This document shows, piece by piece, positions 1 to 13,286 of a DNA stretch of 64,000 bases; within the stretch, counting starts at the first letter, position 1, and each line of letters opens with the position of its first letter. The DNA lies in assembly GCA_964188305.1 (NCBI GenBank), contig OZ076886.1. The stretch is one strand, 5' to 3'. The DNA is from Podarcis bocagei. Taxonomy: Eukaryota. The notes under the pieces were generated by a model. That model saw only the letters and a program-made list of their open reading frames with translations. It did no database searches and had not been told where the DNA came from. The translations under genes and the position numbers were made by a program.

Positions 1-2674
1 GAGTCGCTTGTGAGTGATTTCTTGGGGGATCCATATTGGTGGCGTGGCCACCTGGTGGCAGGTGGGACCAAAGCCAAAAGTGGGCAGAGGCACCCATCTC
101 TCCCTCCCCACCTCTTTTTCTCTCTTTTGTTCTCTGTGCCCTCCTCTTGCTTTGGTTCTGTGGTGGGTGGAAAGAAAAGAAGCTTCTCCTTCTTCCTGAC
201 CAGCATGAAAACCAACAGGTTGGGAAGTCATCACTGGGCAAGGGGATGGCACGGAAGAGGATGGAGCAGGGCTAAAGAAGAGAGGTCATGGCAGAAAGGC
301 ACTGGGACCTGCATCCAGTCCAGGGGTCGGCAGTTCCCCACTCCTGTTTTAGTAGGGGTGACAAATAGACATTTATTTATTTAGGCATTTTCAGAACTGC
401 ACCTTCATCTAAAACATGGACCTCAGAGACCTGTTGTACATAAAAGTCAGTCCAAATCTCTACTATATATTTGTTTAAAGAACCAAAACAATAACATCTG
501 AGAAATAATAAACCAACAACTATTCAACGAGCAAAAGATAGAACTAATAGTTTGGAGAGGGTGAACCATGAGCCCAGATTCACATGTAATGCTATGCAAA
601 CCTATGGAAAAGTGTTGGGTCTCACGAGAACAGCACTAATGCGGCTGCAGTTTTTACTGGTGCTCATACAGGCTAAGCCATGATTTGGCTTAGTGCCAAC
701 ATCTGAACCATGTCACAATCTTGTGTGTGTGTGTAATTTATAGCGCATAAAGAAAAATGTTTACCACAGCTGTTTGGGATATGAACATATTGGTCAGCAT
801 TGCAGAAACCAGACCTTCCTCTTTCAAATAAATAATAACACATGCAAAAAGTTGGCCAAATGACCTCAGAATTACATTGCTGCTCATGTGTTAGATTGCC
901 ATTTCAATGTTTGGTTTTATTTTATGTTGGATTTAACTGTAGATCCCTGCCAGGCATTTGTTTACTGTCCAGTTAAGGATGTTTTATTTTTGAATTCATA
1001 ATCATGAAATGGTGTGGCTCATAGCCATTAAGTTAGCTTAACCCTGCTTATTTTGGGTCCATGGGTTTGACAATAAGAACATAAGAATTAGAAAGATCTG
1101 TTTTTGTTTTTTCAAAAAACATAGGGATTGCAAATAATCTCAAAACAACATATGTTCCAGACAGTAGGATGACCTCTGGAGGTGGGGAGTACACAGGTAG
1201 GGCTCCTTGACTGCACCATGCGCTTTCCCTCCTCTTAAATTCCTGATGTAAGAGCTGTTGTGCTGGATGGCCCATAGCCTCTAGCCATAGGAAAAATTAG
1301 AATCTGTGACTTGCCTTGTTTCAGGACTTAGCCCAATTTGTCACATGCCGGCCACATTTGTACATACTGGTAGGTCCTTCACATCTTGCCCGTACTCGTT
1401 AACCACAGCATGACACATTTAGCGTTTACTGACATTTGTGTGGTAGGCTGACAAAAAATGGAAACCAGCAAGTTACAGTAACTGAAAATTTCCATTTTGA
1501 ATATTTTTATCCTGACTTTTAAAAAATAAAAATACCACATGATTACTTGTGTTTTGACTTCTCTAGAATAAGATTCATACTCAGGGCCAGGCTGGGTCAT
1601 TTTGCTGCTTGAGGCAAAACCACCGCCCTCACTGTGCCCTGCCCCCGCCTTGCCACTGGGCGCCTGCCACTTGCTGTGGCTTGGCACTCACTGCCCAGCA
1701 CTTGCCACTGTTGAGTGCTCAACATGTCCTGCTCCTCCACCATGGTGGCTGCGCCCCAATCCCCCAGTGGGACATAACAGTTCTATTAAGCTGCACCTGA
1801 TTTTCTTGGAATATACCCTGTAAAGTGGAAATGGCAGGACTTTTAGAGCGATGGGATCTCAGTTTATCTTTGGGCCCTGGTAAATACCCACCCTCCGGAG
1901 TTAGCCTTGACCACAATAAAATTAAGTTTGCATGAGTAGGGCAAAACTCAGATTGTTGGGTTTTGTTTGCTCGGTGTAAATAACCCCAAAATTTCCTGTT
2001 TCTTTTGTAGTCTAAAGAATGGCATCATAAGTTGGGAAACAATAAGGGGAAATGGAGTGAGAGACACACAATTCGGGGAATATAAACAATATCCATTGAG
2101 CTTATAGTGCCCTTAGTGTCGCCGTACATATGCCAAGGTGCAAGTCATAACTCAGTAGCTTTGAATCTATCCTCTTTTAATCAGATGTCCAAAGATGGGA
2201 GGAGATGAAAGATTTTCAAGTAAAATGAAGTTCAAGTGAACAGGCATAGGGGTACAGTGTTCTATGTATGGGTAAGTTAGGTAATTGTAGTTCTGTGAGG
2301 ATGAGGGTGGGGAAGAGGGATCTCTAAACAAAATTTTCAGCCTTACCAAACAACAATATCCAATATTTTTTGGGTGGATGCTGATAACAATATCCAAAGT
2401 CAAAGATAACTGACATACCGATAACCAAGGGCAGCTGACAACAGCTGAGTGCTTGCATATGACATTTGTCCTAATGGGCAATGAATTGTCAGGGGAGCTA
2501 TAAAATCATTGCTCTTTCATGAACTGGCATATGCAAATCACCATTCATCCAAATCACAACTACCGGCATGTCCAAGTTACCAGATTCTCCTGTCAGAGGG
2601 AATGACGATTTTGTTTCAGTCTGATATATTGCTCAAATATACTTTCATATACTTGGTCTCAGCCCAGACTTAAG

Positions 2675-2821
2675 NNNNNNNNNNNNNNNNNNNNNNNNNN
2701 NNNNNNNNNNNNNNNNNNNNNNNNNNNNNNNNNNNNNNNNNNNNNNNNNNNNNNNNNNNNNNNNNNNNNNNNNNNNNNNNNNNNNNNNNNNNNNNNNNNN
2801 NNNNNNNNNNNNNNNNNNNNN
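2675..2821. other. assembly gap (147 N)
   Basis: Run of N. Confidence 1.
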
Positions 2822-4086
2822 TCACAAAATTTATAAATAGAATGGGAAAAGTGGGTAAATGGGATTTTGTCTCCTCTCATAATATTAGAATGCTAGGTCC
2901 CCTGATGAAACAAAAAAAGTACTACTCCATTCAAATTCTAAAATTCCATGTGACTTCCATGTTTTTAGTTATAGTTTCATGTGTGCAATTGAACTGCCAA
3001 CTTGGAAGAGCTTACACTGGTCAAACCCTTTGCATATCTGTGAGGTGCTTCCAGGAGTCACTACTTTAATTATTATTATTATTTAACCTCATCTGGGTTT
3101 ACCACACCTGAAGCAAGTTTGGCACAGCCTCTCCTAAGGCCATTCCTTGATCTGAGCATATTGCTTATGTCAGTTTTCTGGAAGCTAACACAGTTTGGGT
3201 GGGGAAAATAATTGTTTCTTGCTTTCCAGACCATGACAACATAGGAGATAATAGAGAGCTTACTTTGCAGTATTTTTTGTTTAGGGTTTTTGTTTTATTG
3301 TGGTTATCTGTAGTCTGCAGTTGCAAGGCTTAGTGTTCTGTATCAGCAAAGAAGGCCAGGGAAGCCAAATTAATTTTGCTGGAGTACAGTAACGATAAAA
3401 GGTTGCCATATTAGCATTAGTTGGCTTTATTTATCTCTAGAGCACATTCAGTATACAGAGGTACTTTTAATATCGTAACCTTCTGTGAAAGACATGCAGC
3501 TAAGAGCTAACAGCTTACCCTAGGCCAGACAGTGAGCAGTACAACTTTTGAAGTTAACTTAAATGATGCAGGGGTTTAAATGATGATCCTTCTGAAGGGA
3601 GCGAAGAAAAGAGATGCATTTTCCTTTATCTCTCCTGATGACTCACAGATCATGGTGAAGTGCCAGGGGCCATTTGTCGGTGAATACCAGACTTCCTGCA
3701 AAGCCTCAAAAAGCCTATCTTTCCCCTAGTTGCATTTGTGTATTTTACTCAGCTTGATGGTACACATTGCAGGTTATTTTAGCAACACAGTGGTGTCCAG
3801 CGGAACAGGACAGCACTGCCCACTTGGCTTCCCAACATGGAACTCACTGCCAATAACCAAGAAGGAAAAGGGCAAGTCAGTGGGGAGGTCAGCGCACTGC
3901 AAATGCGCTAGATTGGCTCTGCTGCTGTGCTTGCACAGCATCAACCTCTGCCCCGCCTCACCTCTCCCTCTCGGTTACCAGCAGCAACCTCCACACTGGG
4001 AAGCAAGGTGAACAATGCCACCTCCACTCCACTCTGCCACGCCAGCTGCATCTCCAACAATATATTGTACAGACCCAAAAGAAGAT

Positions 4087-4406
4087 TTGTTGTTGTTTAG
4101 TCGTTTAGTCGTGTCCGACTCTTCGTGACCCCATGGACCAGAGCACACCAGGCACTCCTGTCTTCCACTGCCTCCCGCAGTTTGGTCAGACTCATGTTTG
4201 TAGCTTCAAGAACACTGTCCAACCATCTCGTCCTCTGTCATCTCCTTCTCCTTGTGCCCTCCATCTTTCCCAACATCAGTGTCTTTTCCAGGGAGTCTTC
4301 TCTTCTTATGAGGTGGCCAAAGTATTGGAGTTTCAGCTTCACAATCTATCCTTCCAGTGAGCACTCAGGGCTGATTTCCTTAAGAATGGATAGGTCTGAT
4401 CTTCTT
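4087..4406 (-). mobile_element. BovB (RTE clade) LINE 3' fragment
   Basis: ttgttgttgtttagtcgtttagtcgtgtccgactcttcgtgaccccatggac end ((CAA)n tail on -); TSD AAAAGAAGAT at 4077-4086 and 4408-4417. Confidence 0.85.
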
Positions 4407-4647
4407 AAAAAGAAGATACTGTACTTTTATTTATTTTAAAGATTTCTATTTTCTACATACAACTTTGGCAGGCCCAAATGCCACATGACAATGTTGTTGT
4501 TGTTTTAAAAAAAGCTTTTGTAAGATATTGGTGTAAGCCTTTAATGATGTATGATAGGAAGATTTCACAGAGGTGGACAGTCTAGGTAATGACATGCAAA
4601 ATATAATTCTTTCCTGCTCTCTTTTGTCTCTCCTTTGTTGCTGGCAG

Positions 4648-4726
4648 GCACCTCTTTGCACCAGGCTATACGGAAACGCATTATACTAAGAGCGGAACTC
4701 CCCACATTGTGACTTTGAACAACACA
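4648..4726 (+). CDS. ADAM19: ADAM19 exon 4 (by homology), prodomain HLFAPGYTETHYTKSGTPHIVTLNNT
   Basis: Acceptor ctggcag, donor gtaagt; 79 nt; resembles human QLFAPSYTETHYTSSGNP; phase fits next exon. Confidence 0.9.
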
Positions 4727-5659
4727 GTAAGTATTGCGTGCCCAGCCGCAGAGTCCCCACCCCAGGGAGCCTAACTGACTAGAGGGAATAGTGAATGGAG
4801 ACGACAACTGTAGGTTGTAGTTGGTTTCTCCTGTGCAGTAGGCAGAAGACCCAAGGCAGCCCAGATCAGTGCATTTACGGTAAGCAATTAACTATGGTTT
4901 GCTATGATGTGTGAACTGGGCCATACGATACAAACTGGATTGGCTCTTGTTGGCTCTTGTTCCACCCTGGCAGGTCACACTTCTTCTCAAGAAGTCCTCT
5001 TGAATCTAAAACTGGATATCCATGAGCTGGCCACTCTGCTCTTGTCCTCTGCTAAGAGGGATCTGAACGTTGGTTATATTCTCAGATCACTGCAAAGCTA
5101 GCCCTTGCCAGCTGGCTCATATACAGCAGGACCTTCTTCATGAATTAACTGAGTAGAAATGCTTTGACTGGCTGGCACTTCACCAAAACAGTGCAAAAAT
5201 TCATATTGCTAATTAGATGATTAAAAAATGAAAAAGCTCATGTCTATGAGCTCATCCTTCTTGATGCTGCTTCCTCTTCCCTTCCTCTAGGCTTAAAGTT
5301 TCATAAGAAAGATTACTGTGGTGAAATTTTATTGACAATTGGGTTGTAAAGCACATTTTTCTTGCCATTTGTAATGACAGGAACCTGCTACAATAGGGCT
5401 TTATCACTTCATGCCATGTGGGTGTTTTAAAGATCTGAAAAGTAACAATGCTCCAGGAACCATTTGGAGTGAGCGGTAAAGTTCATATTGATTTCAGTGT
5501 GCTTTGGATCTGGCCTTTAGGCAGGCTTTCAAAGGAATTACGTTCAATAATACTGCAGGACTCAATAGTATTATGCCAAAATGAGAGGTTATGAGTAACT
5601 GATCTGTACTTTATTCACACCTGAATATTTCTTCATGAGATTATAGAATAGGAACATTT

Positions 5660-5857
5660 CATTTATCTGTTGCATTTATATTCCACCTTTCTTCCAAGAG
5701 GCTAAAGGCAACATACAAGGTACTTGCCTCCATTCTTTCCTCACAGCAAACCATAGAGATAGTGACAAGCCCAAGGTCACTCAGTGAGTTTCCAGAGATT
5801 TGAAATTGGGCCTTCTGAGTCCTAGTCCCAGCATTTTAACTGTTACACCAGACGAGC
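5660..5857 (-). mobile_element. old MIR/Ther1-related (Squam3-like) SINE
   Basis: Core-like cccaaggtcactcagtgag, degenerate tRNA head, AT-rich tail. Confidence 0.5.
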
Positions 5858-6211
5858 TGCTTACAGTGGTGGAATATACCTAACGAAAAGGAGACTTGAA
5901 TGTATAATTGTTTTCCCCAAAATAGTACATGTACATTGCCAGATGGAAATGACAAGGTGTTTATACTCAAGCCATGTGCTTTAGCCACATCTACCCTTCT
6001 TTGGGTTTCAAAGCACCTTAGGTTTCTTTGACAATAAAGGAAAAAAGCATATGAACTATGGACTTCTCATATGCAGGGTATTTTGGGGAGCAGGTGGAGA
6101 GGAATCTATACATTTTGCTATCCTTTTCTTGCATCAACCATCAAGGGGAGTTGAGGAGGAAGAATAAATTTACAGAATAATACCTTGACAGTCTTTGTTC
6201 TGTCCTTCCAG

Positions 6212-6288
6212 GATCATTGCTTTTACCATGGTACTGTGAGAGAGGTAGAAGACTCAAGTGTGACACTCAGCATATGCAATGGTCTACG
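6212..6288 (+). CDS. ADAM19: ADAM19 exon 5, DHCFYHGTVREVEDSSVTLSICNGLR
   Basis: Acceptor ccttccag, donor gtaagg; 77 nt; ADAM prodomain motif CFYHGTV. Confidence 0.95.
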
Positions 6289-6308
6289 GTAAGGTCAAGC
6301 TCTTCCTT

Positions 6309-6655
6309 AAAGGTAAAGGTAAAGGGGCCCCTGACCATTAGGTCCAGTCGTGACCGACTCTGGGGTTGTGGCGCTCATCTCGCTTTATTGGCCGAGGGAG
6401 CCGGTGTACAGCTTCCGAGTCATGTGGCCAGCATGACTAAGCCGCTTCTGACGAACCAGAGCAGCACACGGAAACGCCGTTTACCTTCCCGCTTGCACTT
6501 ATCTACTTGCACTTTGACATGCTTTCAAACTACTAGGTTGGCAGGAGCAGGGACCAAGCAACGGGGAGCTTACCCCGTCACGGGTATTCGAACCGCCGAC
6601 CTTCTGATCGGCAAGTTCTAGGCTCTGTGGTTTAACCCACAGCGCCACCCGCGTC
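6309..6655 (-). mobile_element. Sauria SINE, full length
   Basis: (ACCTTT)n tail and tRNA-like head on -; TSD caagctcttc(c/t)tt. Confidence 0.92.
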
Positions 6656-6859
6656 CAAGCTCTTCTTTACAGAATCTCAAATTAGATTAGTTCTCTGGGA
6701 TCACAGGGACATTCTGATAGTCTTGTAATTCCCTATCAGACAATATGGCAATGACATGTTTTTTTAAGCCATTCATTAGTTATTTTTTAGCCATACATGG
6801 AGGAATGGTGACAGATGTTAATGGGCATTAACTATGGCAGCTGTTACACATCCATGAAC

Positions 6860-7260
6860 ACAGTCTTAACAGTGAGTTTGTAAGTGACTGTGGAGGCCAA
6901 TTCTGGGTCTACACATCCTTCCCCTGTGGGGGCATAGGTTTTCAGGCAGGAGTTGATCATGGTGAGGATTTTCCAAGCATGCCTTCCTCTTAACACATTT
7001 CATCCCTTTCATCCTGAGTTTGTGTTTCTTCAAAGCCCATGACACCTTTGGTAAAGGCTGTTCTCCAACTGGAGTGTTCGCAGGCCAGTGTTTCCCAGTT
7101 GTTAGTGTTTATACTTCATTTTTTAAAGATTTGCCTTGAGAGAGTCTTTCAACCTCTTTTGTTGACCACCAGCATTACGCTTTCCAATTTTAAGTTCAGA
7201 ATAGAGTAGTTGCTCTGGAAGATGATAATCAGGCATCTGAACAACATGACCAATGAAACG
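6860..7260 (-). mobile_element. RTE-clade LINE 3' fragment, degenerate
   Basis: - strand reads GHVV.MPDY.LP.QLLYSELK.GKRNAGGQQK...NWETLAC, typical RTE ORF C-terminus. Confidence 0.75.
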
Positions 7261-7319
7261 ACTTGAACTGGACTTGGACTACTGAGCTACACACTGTTGG
7301 TAACAGAATGGTAGATTTG

Positions 7320-7448
7320 ATTTGTTTATTTATTGCACTTATATCCTCCTCTTTTCCTACAATGGAACCCTGTGCAGCAGACATGTGGTTCCCAAGTGGT
7401 CTCCCATCCAAACACTGACCACACCTAGACCTGTGTAGCTTCAGCAAG
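7320..7448 (-). mobile_element. 5S rRNA-derived SINE-like relic
   Basis: ggtctcccatccaaacactgaccacacctagacctgtgtagcttc resembles the reverse complement of the 5S rRNA internal control region; (TAAA)n-type tail. Confidence 0.5.
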
Positions 7449-7504
7449 ACCATGCCCTGATCTAAGCCACTAGAACAGTTCCTATGTTGCCCCAGCTCAA
7501 ACTT

Positions 7505-7660
7505 AGAATCAGAATCACATAATTGTAGGGTTGGAAAGGACCACAAGAGTCATCTAGTCATCTACAGTGTCATCTACAGCGCAGGAATCTTCTGCTCAAC
7601 ATGGGGCTCAAACCTACGACCCTGAGATTTAAGAGTCTCATGCTGTACCAACTGAACTAT
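7505..7660 (-). mobile_element. tRNA-Lys-derived SINE with CR1-like tail (Squam2-like)
   Basis: - strand head agttcagttggtacagcatgagactcttaaatctcagggtcgtaggtttgagcccc; gattct-type tail. Confidence 0.7.
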
Positions 7661-8910
7661 ACCGAAACGACAAATGACATCAGTGAGGGATCCCCAGTAA
7701 TGTACATTCAAAAGGAGGTTATCTGCATTAAGATTTTCACCTCCAAGCACCATTTGAAGAAATGTTCATTAGGTACTCAAGATTCTATTCCTCTGAATTC
7801 TATCTTACATCAAATCTCATCATCAATAGACTCATTTCAGTATTTTCAGTTTCCACCACATGCTTGCTTTCCTGCCTTCTTAGAATCTTATCTCTTTATC
7901 TCAGCAGATTATTCTGAATTTCTCCCTTTCAGTGCCAGCATTTTATAGCAGTCACGACATACATGCTTCTTCTGAAAAGCTGTTCTCTTCCATTTACCCC
8001 TCGCAAGAACAGAATTCTATAACATCCCATGTTAGCCACAAGTCTGTTGTACAGATACGCACATATTTATTCCACGTGAGATGATTTGACCTCCTGAAAT
8101 GACAAGTTAAAGAGATTATTTTTATAAACAGGACATGGTTTCCTTTTGGTCACCTTTATTCAAAGCCATTTGAAAGCTGGGCTGTCATCCAGCCAGGAAA
8201 CAGTTTTGGCCAATTTTTATTTCCCCCCAAAATCCCTCAATGACCTCAAGTCACTTTAATGTAAACAAACTGTCCAGTAGTGTAAACAAAGCAAATCCTG
8301 GCCATTTATGGCTGACATAATACACAGAGCCCACACAAAATAGGAAGCATCGCAGGTGCATGCTGGCCTACTTTCACCCCCCCCCCCATTTTCCAGTACT
8401 ATATTCCTGGCTGCAAAATGACCATCTGAAACCTCATTTTTCATTTACAGTAGAGTTAGTCCATGTGCTGGCCAGTATCCTTGATGTTGTTCTAAGACCT
8501 TTCAGAATTTCTGGAGGAATACAGAAGCTAAACACTTGCATATGTTTGTACTTCTCAAGGGGGGAAGTGAGCAGGTGGGGAAGGGTGTAACGATCTCTAA
8601 GGCCAAACACTTCTTCCTTGGTACAATGCACTCAAAACAATCTCATTTGAGAAATTGTTCCCAGTCATTCTTCATAAATAATAACTGGGAGAGCAAAAAC
8701 ACCCAATTTTATATAGGCAATTCTCATGAAACAATACTAGTTTCCTTTGTTGAAAACAGGCCTTTCTGTAATTTCTAGTTGAAGTGATCGCAACTAAAGC
8801 CCCTTTACTGAAAATAAGTGCCCAGAGTAATAATAATAAGGTATCCTAGTGCTGACTTCTGCTAGCACAGAATATGACCCCATGTGTTATCTTACCCTTC
8901 CGTGATCTTA

Positions 8911-9261
8911 GGTAAAGGTAAAGGGACCCCTGACCATTAGGTCCAGTTGTGGCCGACTCTGGGGTTGTGGCGCTCATCTTGCTTTGGCCGAGGGAGCCGG
9001 CGTACAGCTTCCGGGTCATGTGGCCAGCATGACTAAGCTGCTTCTGATGAACCAGAGCAGCGCACGGAAATGCCGTTTACCTTCCTGCCGGAGTGGTACC
9101 TATTTATCTACTTGCACTTTGACATGCTTTTGAACTGCTAGGTTGGCAGGAGCAGGGACCGAGCAACGGGAGCTCACCCCGTCATGGAGATTTGAACCGC
9201 AGACCTTCTGATCGGCAAGTCCTAGGCTCTGTGGTTTAACCCACAGCGCCACCCACGTCCC
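8911..9261 (-). mobile_element. Sauria SINE, full length
   Basis: Same consensus as 6309-6655; TSD cttccgtgatcttagg on both sides. Confidence 0.92.
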
Positions 9262-9372
9262 TTCCGTGATCTTAGGCCTTAGCAAAATGTGCTGAAACTT
9301 TCTTTTATACAAATTCAGTAAAAAAATTATTCTCCACAACATACACCAAGCTAGGTGATTATTGGTTTGTAT

Positions 9373-9513
9373 TCATAGAATCACTGAGTTGGAAGAGACC
9401 ATGAAGGATATCTAGTGCAACTTCCTGCAAATCCATGAATCTTTTGCCCAACATGAGGCTCGAACCCATGACCCTGAGATTAAGATTAAGATGCTCAAGC
9501 GACTGAGCAATCC
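9373..9513 (-). mobile_element. Squam2-like SINE
   Basis: Similar to 7505-7660; catagaatc CR1-type tail. Confidence 0.65.
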
Positions 9514-9579
9514 CAGAGGCATAATGAAGTGTAAATACTTGCCTTCCATAACTTCTGCTTTATTGATTTTGTCTTCCAG

Positions 9580-9772
9580 TGGCCTTATAGTCCTGAGCAA
9601 CAACCTCAGTTATATCTTGGAACCACTGCCTCATAGCCATGAGCAACACTTGATCTACAGGTCTGAACATCTCAAGGTTGCCAGGGGTACCTGTGGAAAC
9701 CAGCATTCAGGATCAAAGGCTATGGATTGGCTTGGAGAGTTGACAAGCCCAGCAGCGTCCAGTTATCGCAGG
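9580..9772 (+). CDS. ADAM19: ADAM19 exon 6, GLIVLSNNLSYILEPLP...RGTCG...SYRR (cysteine-switch region)
   Basis: Acceptor cttccag, donor gttagt; 193 nt; inside ORF 9491-9862. Confidence 0.95.
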
Positions 9773-10058
9773 GTTAGTACTTCGGAATTATTCCGTTGCA
9801 TCCCAGAAGACATCTGTTTTGAAAGCTTTAAGGAAAGCAATGATTCTTGCTTAAATGTTTAAAGTACTCCACTTGTATTATCTCAATAATCATGGGAACA
9901 GCAGTATAAAAAAGGCTGCATCATTATTCCAAGATTACATATGAAGGACTGAGGCTAAAAAACAGTGATTTGCCTTAGGTCCCCCCCAGGAAAATGAAGT
10001 CTGAGCTAAGAATCCATAACAGAACTTCTCCTTCCTCTTCTTTGCCCACATGCCACCT

Positions 10059-10312
10059 AGCCAGTGTGGTGTGGTGGTTAAGAGCGGTAGACTCGTAATC
10101 TGGTGAACCGGGTTCGCGTCTCCGCTCCTCCACATGCAGCTGCTGGGTGACCTTGGGCTAGTCACACTTCTTTGAAGTCTCTCAGCCCCACTCACCTCAC
10201 AGAGTGTTTGTTGTGGGGGAGGAAGGGAAAGGAGAATGTTAGCCGCTTTGAGACTCCTTCAGGGAGTGAAAGGTGGGATATCAAATCCAAACTCTTCTTC
10301 CTCTTCTTCTTC
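10059..10312 (+). mobile_element. Squam3-type tRNA-derived SINE
   Basis: A box tggtgtggtggttaagagc, B-box-like gggttcgcgtctcc, (CTT)n tail; near-identical to 22141-22399. Confidence 0.85.
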
Positions 10313-10494
10313 AAATCTGAGCTGAAGAGGTGGGGTTTTCTCTTGAAATTATGAGGACTACAAACAGTTTCTAATTATTTCAGCATATGTGACATTTTTG
10401 AACCTCACAAAATGAGTACATTTTAATAAAAGTGGTTTTTGAATTTTAAAGAGCTTCATGAAACAGTTTGGGATGTGTACTTTTGCCACCATAG

Positions 10495-10560
10495 GTGAAG
10501 AGGGATGACCAACAGTCTATGAAATACGTGGAGCTCCTTCTAGTGGCTGATTATGCAGAG
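10495..10560 (+). CDS. ADAM19: ADAM19 exon 7, VKRDDQQSMKYVELLLVADYAE (furin site R-VKR, start of metalloprotease domain)
   Basis: Acceptor ccatag, donor gtaaga; 66 nt; KYVEL..VAD motif. Confidence 0.95.
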
Positions 10561-11790
10561 GTAAGAGGGACGTGGATTTATACCAGATCCAGAATCAAAC
10601 CCAGGATAGACAGTTCAGGGCCAAACTACTTATTACACGTGAGATCAATGATCAGACCTTCTGGTGATTTGTCTTTTTACTTAAAAGGAGCTGTAGGGGG
10701 ATCCTGCATCCATATCCCCATCCCTTTTGGTGTTAATAGTAACTTTGGAGGCTGCTTTAAAGTAAAAATACAGAAAATTATGACACAAAATCAAAATATC
10801 CTGCGTGATATGTTAATTGGACCTGGTGAGCTACCAAAAATAGCAAAACAGGAATGTTTTGTCTTGGATTGTTTTATTTGATGTTTTAATGTGTTTTAAA
10901 ATGCTTTGATATTTTTTCTCAGAAATACAAAGCGGTATAGAAATAAAATGAGTATGATTTATGTGCTTTTTCCAAACCTGATTTAACAATGCTCCTTATC
11001 CCAGATCTGTGTAATTCTCTTCTCCTGTTCTCTTAGCTACAGACCCTTCTGCTGAAACATGTAGCAAAGGATCAAACTGTATTGAGAGCACTCATATATT
11101 TCATATTGTGTATGTTAGCAACTGACAGAAATGTAAAAACATCCTGTCTGCATGTGCCTGGAATCTGTTTCTAATCATTGACCTGGAGCTAGTTGGGTCT
11201 TTGTCTTGTTAACCAACCCCAAGAGCATTAGGTCATTCTCGCATCTTTTATTTTAATGGCTTTTTTTCCTGGCACACTCTTCTCCTAAGATTTCATCGCT
11301 GCTCATATAATTTATGTCGGGGTAACCTGATCCTCTCTGTATAACTGGATCTCTTCATAACTGTTGTTTTCCCACTTGCAATTTTACAATTGATGTAAAG
11401 GGCACATTTCCCCTGTTGTGACATATCTGTGTGTCTGCACACATGCACATACACACAAGGCTTCCATTATGCTAGAGTTTGTGTCTCTGAATTCTCTATG
11501 CATAAATATCATGCATAACTATTGTGTTTAGTTAATCACAACTAGTGCCATTTGGATTTTACAATCAAAACTGCAATCCCACTTGGGCCAAATTGTTCCA
11601 AGCAGAGTAGACAAACCACTGCATTTTTCTCAGCCTCAGACAGTGGTGGGGTACCTCTGGCCCACTGATCTAACTTGTAGACCTGGCAGGTCTGTTCACT
11701 TGCTCAAGTCATGGCCCCCTGCCCTACAAATATGGTGCCAAGTGTGAGGCAGGAAAGGATGTGACTACCTGTCAAAATCAGGGTTTGGAG

Positions 11791-11926
11791 CAGTGTTTCT
11801 CAAGCTTGAGTCCTCAGCTGTGGTTGGACTACAAATCCCATCATCCCTAGCTAGCAGGACCAGTGGTCAAGGTTGATGGGAGTTGTAGTCCATCCACAGC
11901 TAGTGACCTGAGTTCAAGAAACACTG
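11791..11926. mobile_element. palindromic hAT-type MITE
   Basis: TIR cagtgtttct...agaaacactg; internal actacaa.tcccatca / tgatggga.ttgtagt inverted repeat. Confidence 0.75.
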
Positions 11927-13286
11927 CTCTAGAGGCACTATTAATCAGCTTGTCATTGACACCTGCAAAACTCCCTGCCTATGCTATTGTGGTTGAATTT
12001 CAAATTGTGCAGGCAAAGGAGAACATTTCACCTGGTGATATTGTAATGTCAGGTGATTGACAGGTAGGCACTGAGAAGCTGAGCAGGTGGTGTGAGAAAA
12101 ATAACATTCTGGGTTTTCTAGTTGTTTTCGCACCCTCCTTTTACTAGACAAAGTGAATACAGAAATACATAAGGAGACATCAGAAAGAAAAATAGGCAAC
12201 CTTTTCCCCAATCACGCCCTAAAAGGGGGGGAAATCCATTTCACAAAACAGACCCACAAATGGTCGTTGCTTGGATCAAGCAACCTATGTTCAGTTAACA
12301 GACAATATTTTAAGGGACATGCACATCACACCCATTTTTGGGTGGCGTTTTTTTGCAGACACCACAAAGCAGAAGCTACATCTGCTCTGCGGTGTCTGCA
12401 AAAACCAGCACGGCAATTTATGGAGGTTGCTATGCAAACATCTGGATGGGATAAGTTGCCCCGAGGCTAGTGTGGGTGATGCAACCAGCAGAGCTTGAGG
12501 GACAGGGATTAGAACACTAATTACTAGATAGCATGCTGTGCATATGAGGAGAATACAACTAATCCTGCCAAAAACTTATAGGTGGCATTTCAGGATAATG
12601 TAACAACTGTGTTCGGTCATGTAGGACAGAGAGATTGTCCTCTTTTTAAAATTACAAATAGCCTGATACAGAGGAATACTCAACACTGGTTAGTGGGCAG
12701 TCAGCTGCAGCAAGAAACCATTAGCATCTATGCCATCTGGACTGTACTTTCATGAGCCCCACTAATCTGTCAGGGGTGAGAGGTGACACTAATTCTGCTA
12801 GGACAGGCAGGGTGACCAGAAGAGTTTCTAGGCTCTGCTGTGCTAAGAGCTGGTTTTGATTTCGGTGCCATTCTGATGTTGCTATGTAAGCCACATCATA
12901 AGGGCTGTGTACCTCCATAAGGGCTGTTCACCCTTTCCATTTCTAAAATTAGAGATTATTACAGCAGTGCCTGAAATGCACAAAGGTGCCTGAAATGTGC
13001 TCCAAAAATTTGACCATATAAAGACTATGCTGAACTTTTTATCTAAAGAATTCAAAAAATTATTTAAGTGTTTTCTGGAAGCGCAGAGTCCAAGGAAATT
13101 ATTAAAGCTTGTAAATGTTCGTGGGATAAATTGAAATGCGAGTTTCAAATCCCTGGTAGTTGGGCAGTAAAAACAGGCAGCTCCCCTAGTGAGTCAGGGT
13201 CAGAATCTCAAAGGAATAAATTTCACAGAGTTAGGAATGGCAGTGATATTTTATGGAATAATTCTGAAATGCTTTTCCCTCCCCAG

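Noticed and set aside
1-4647. ADAM19 exons 1-3
   Set aside because: No signal-peptide or ELILDLEKNE-like exon found; they are probably upstream of the window, though the N gap cannot be excluded.
7590-7660. tRNA-Lys-like sequence as a tRNA gene
   Set aside because: Degenerate stems and fusion to a CR1-like tail make it a SINE head; the same applies to the other tRNA-like heads.
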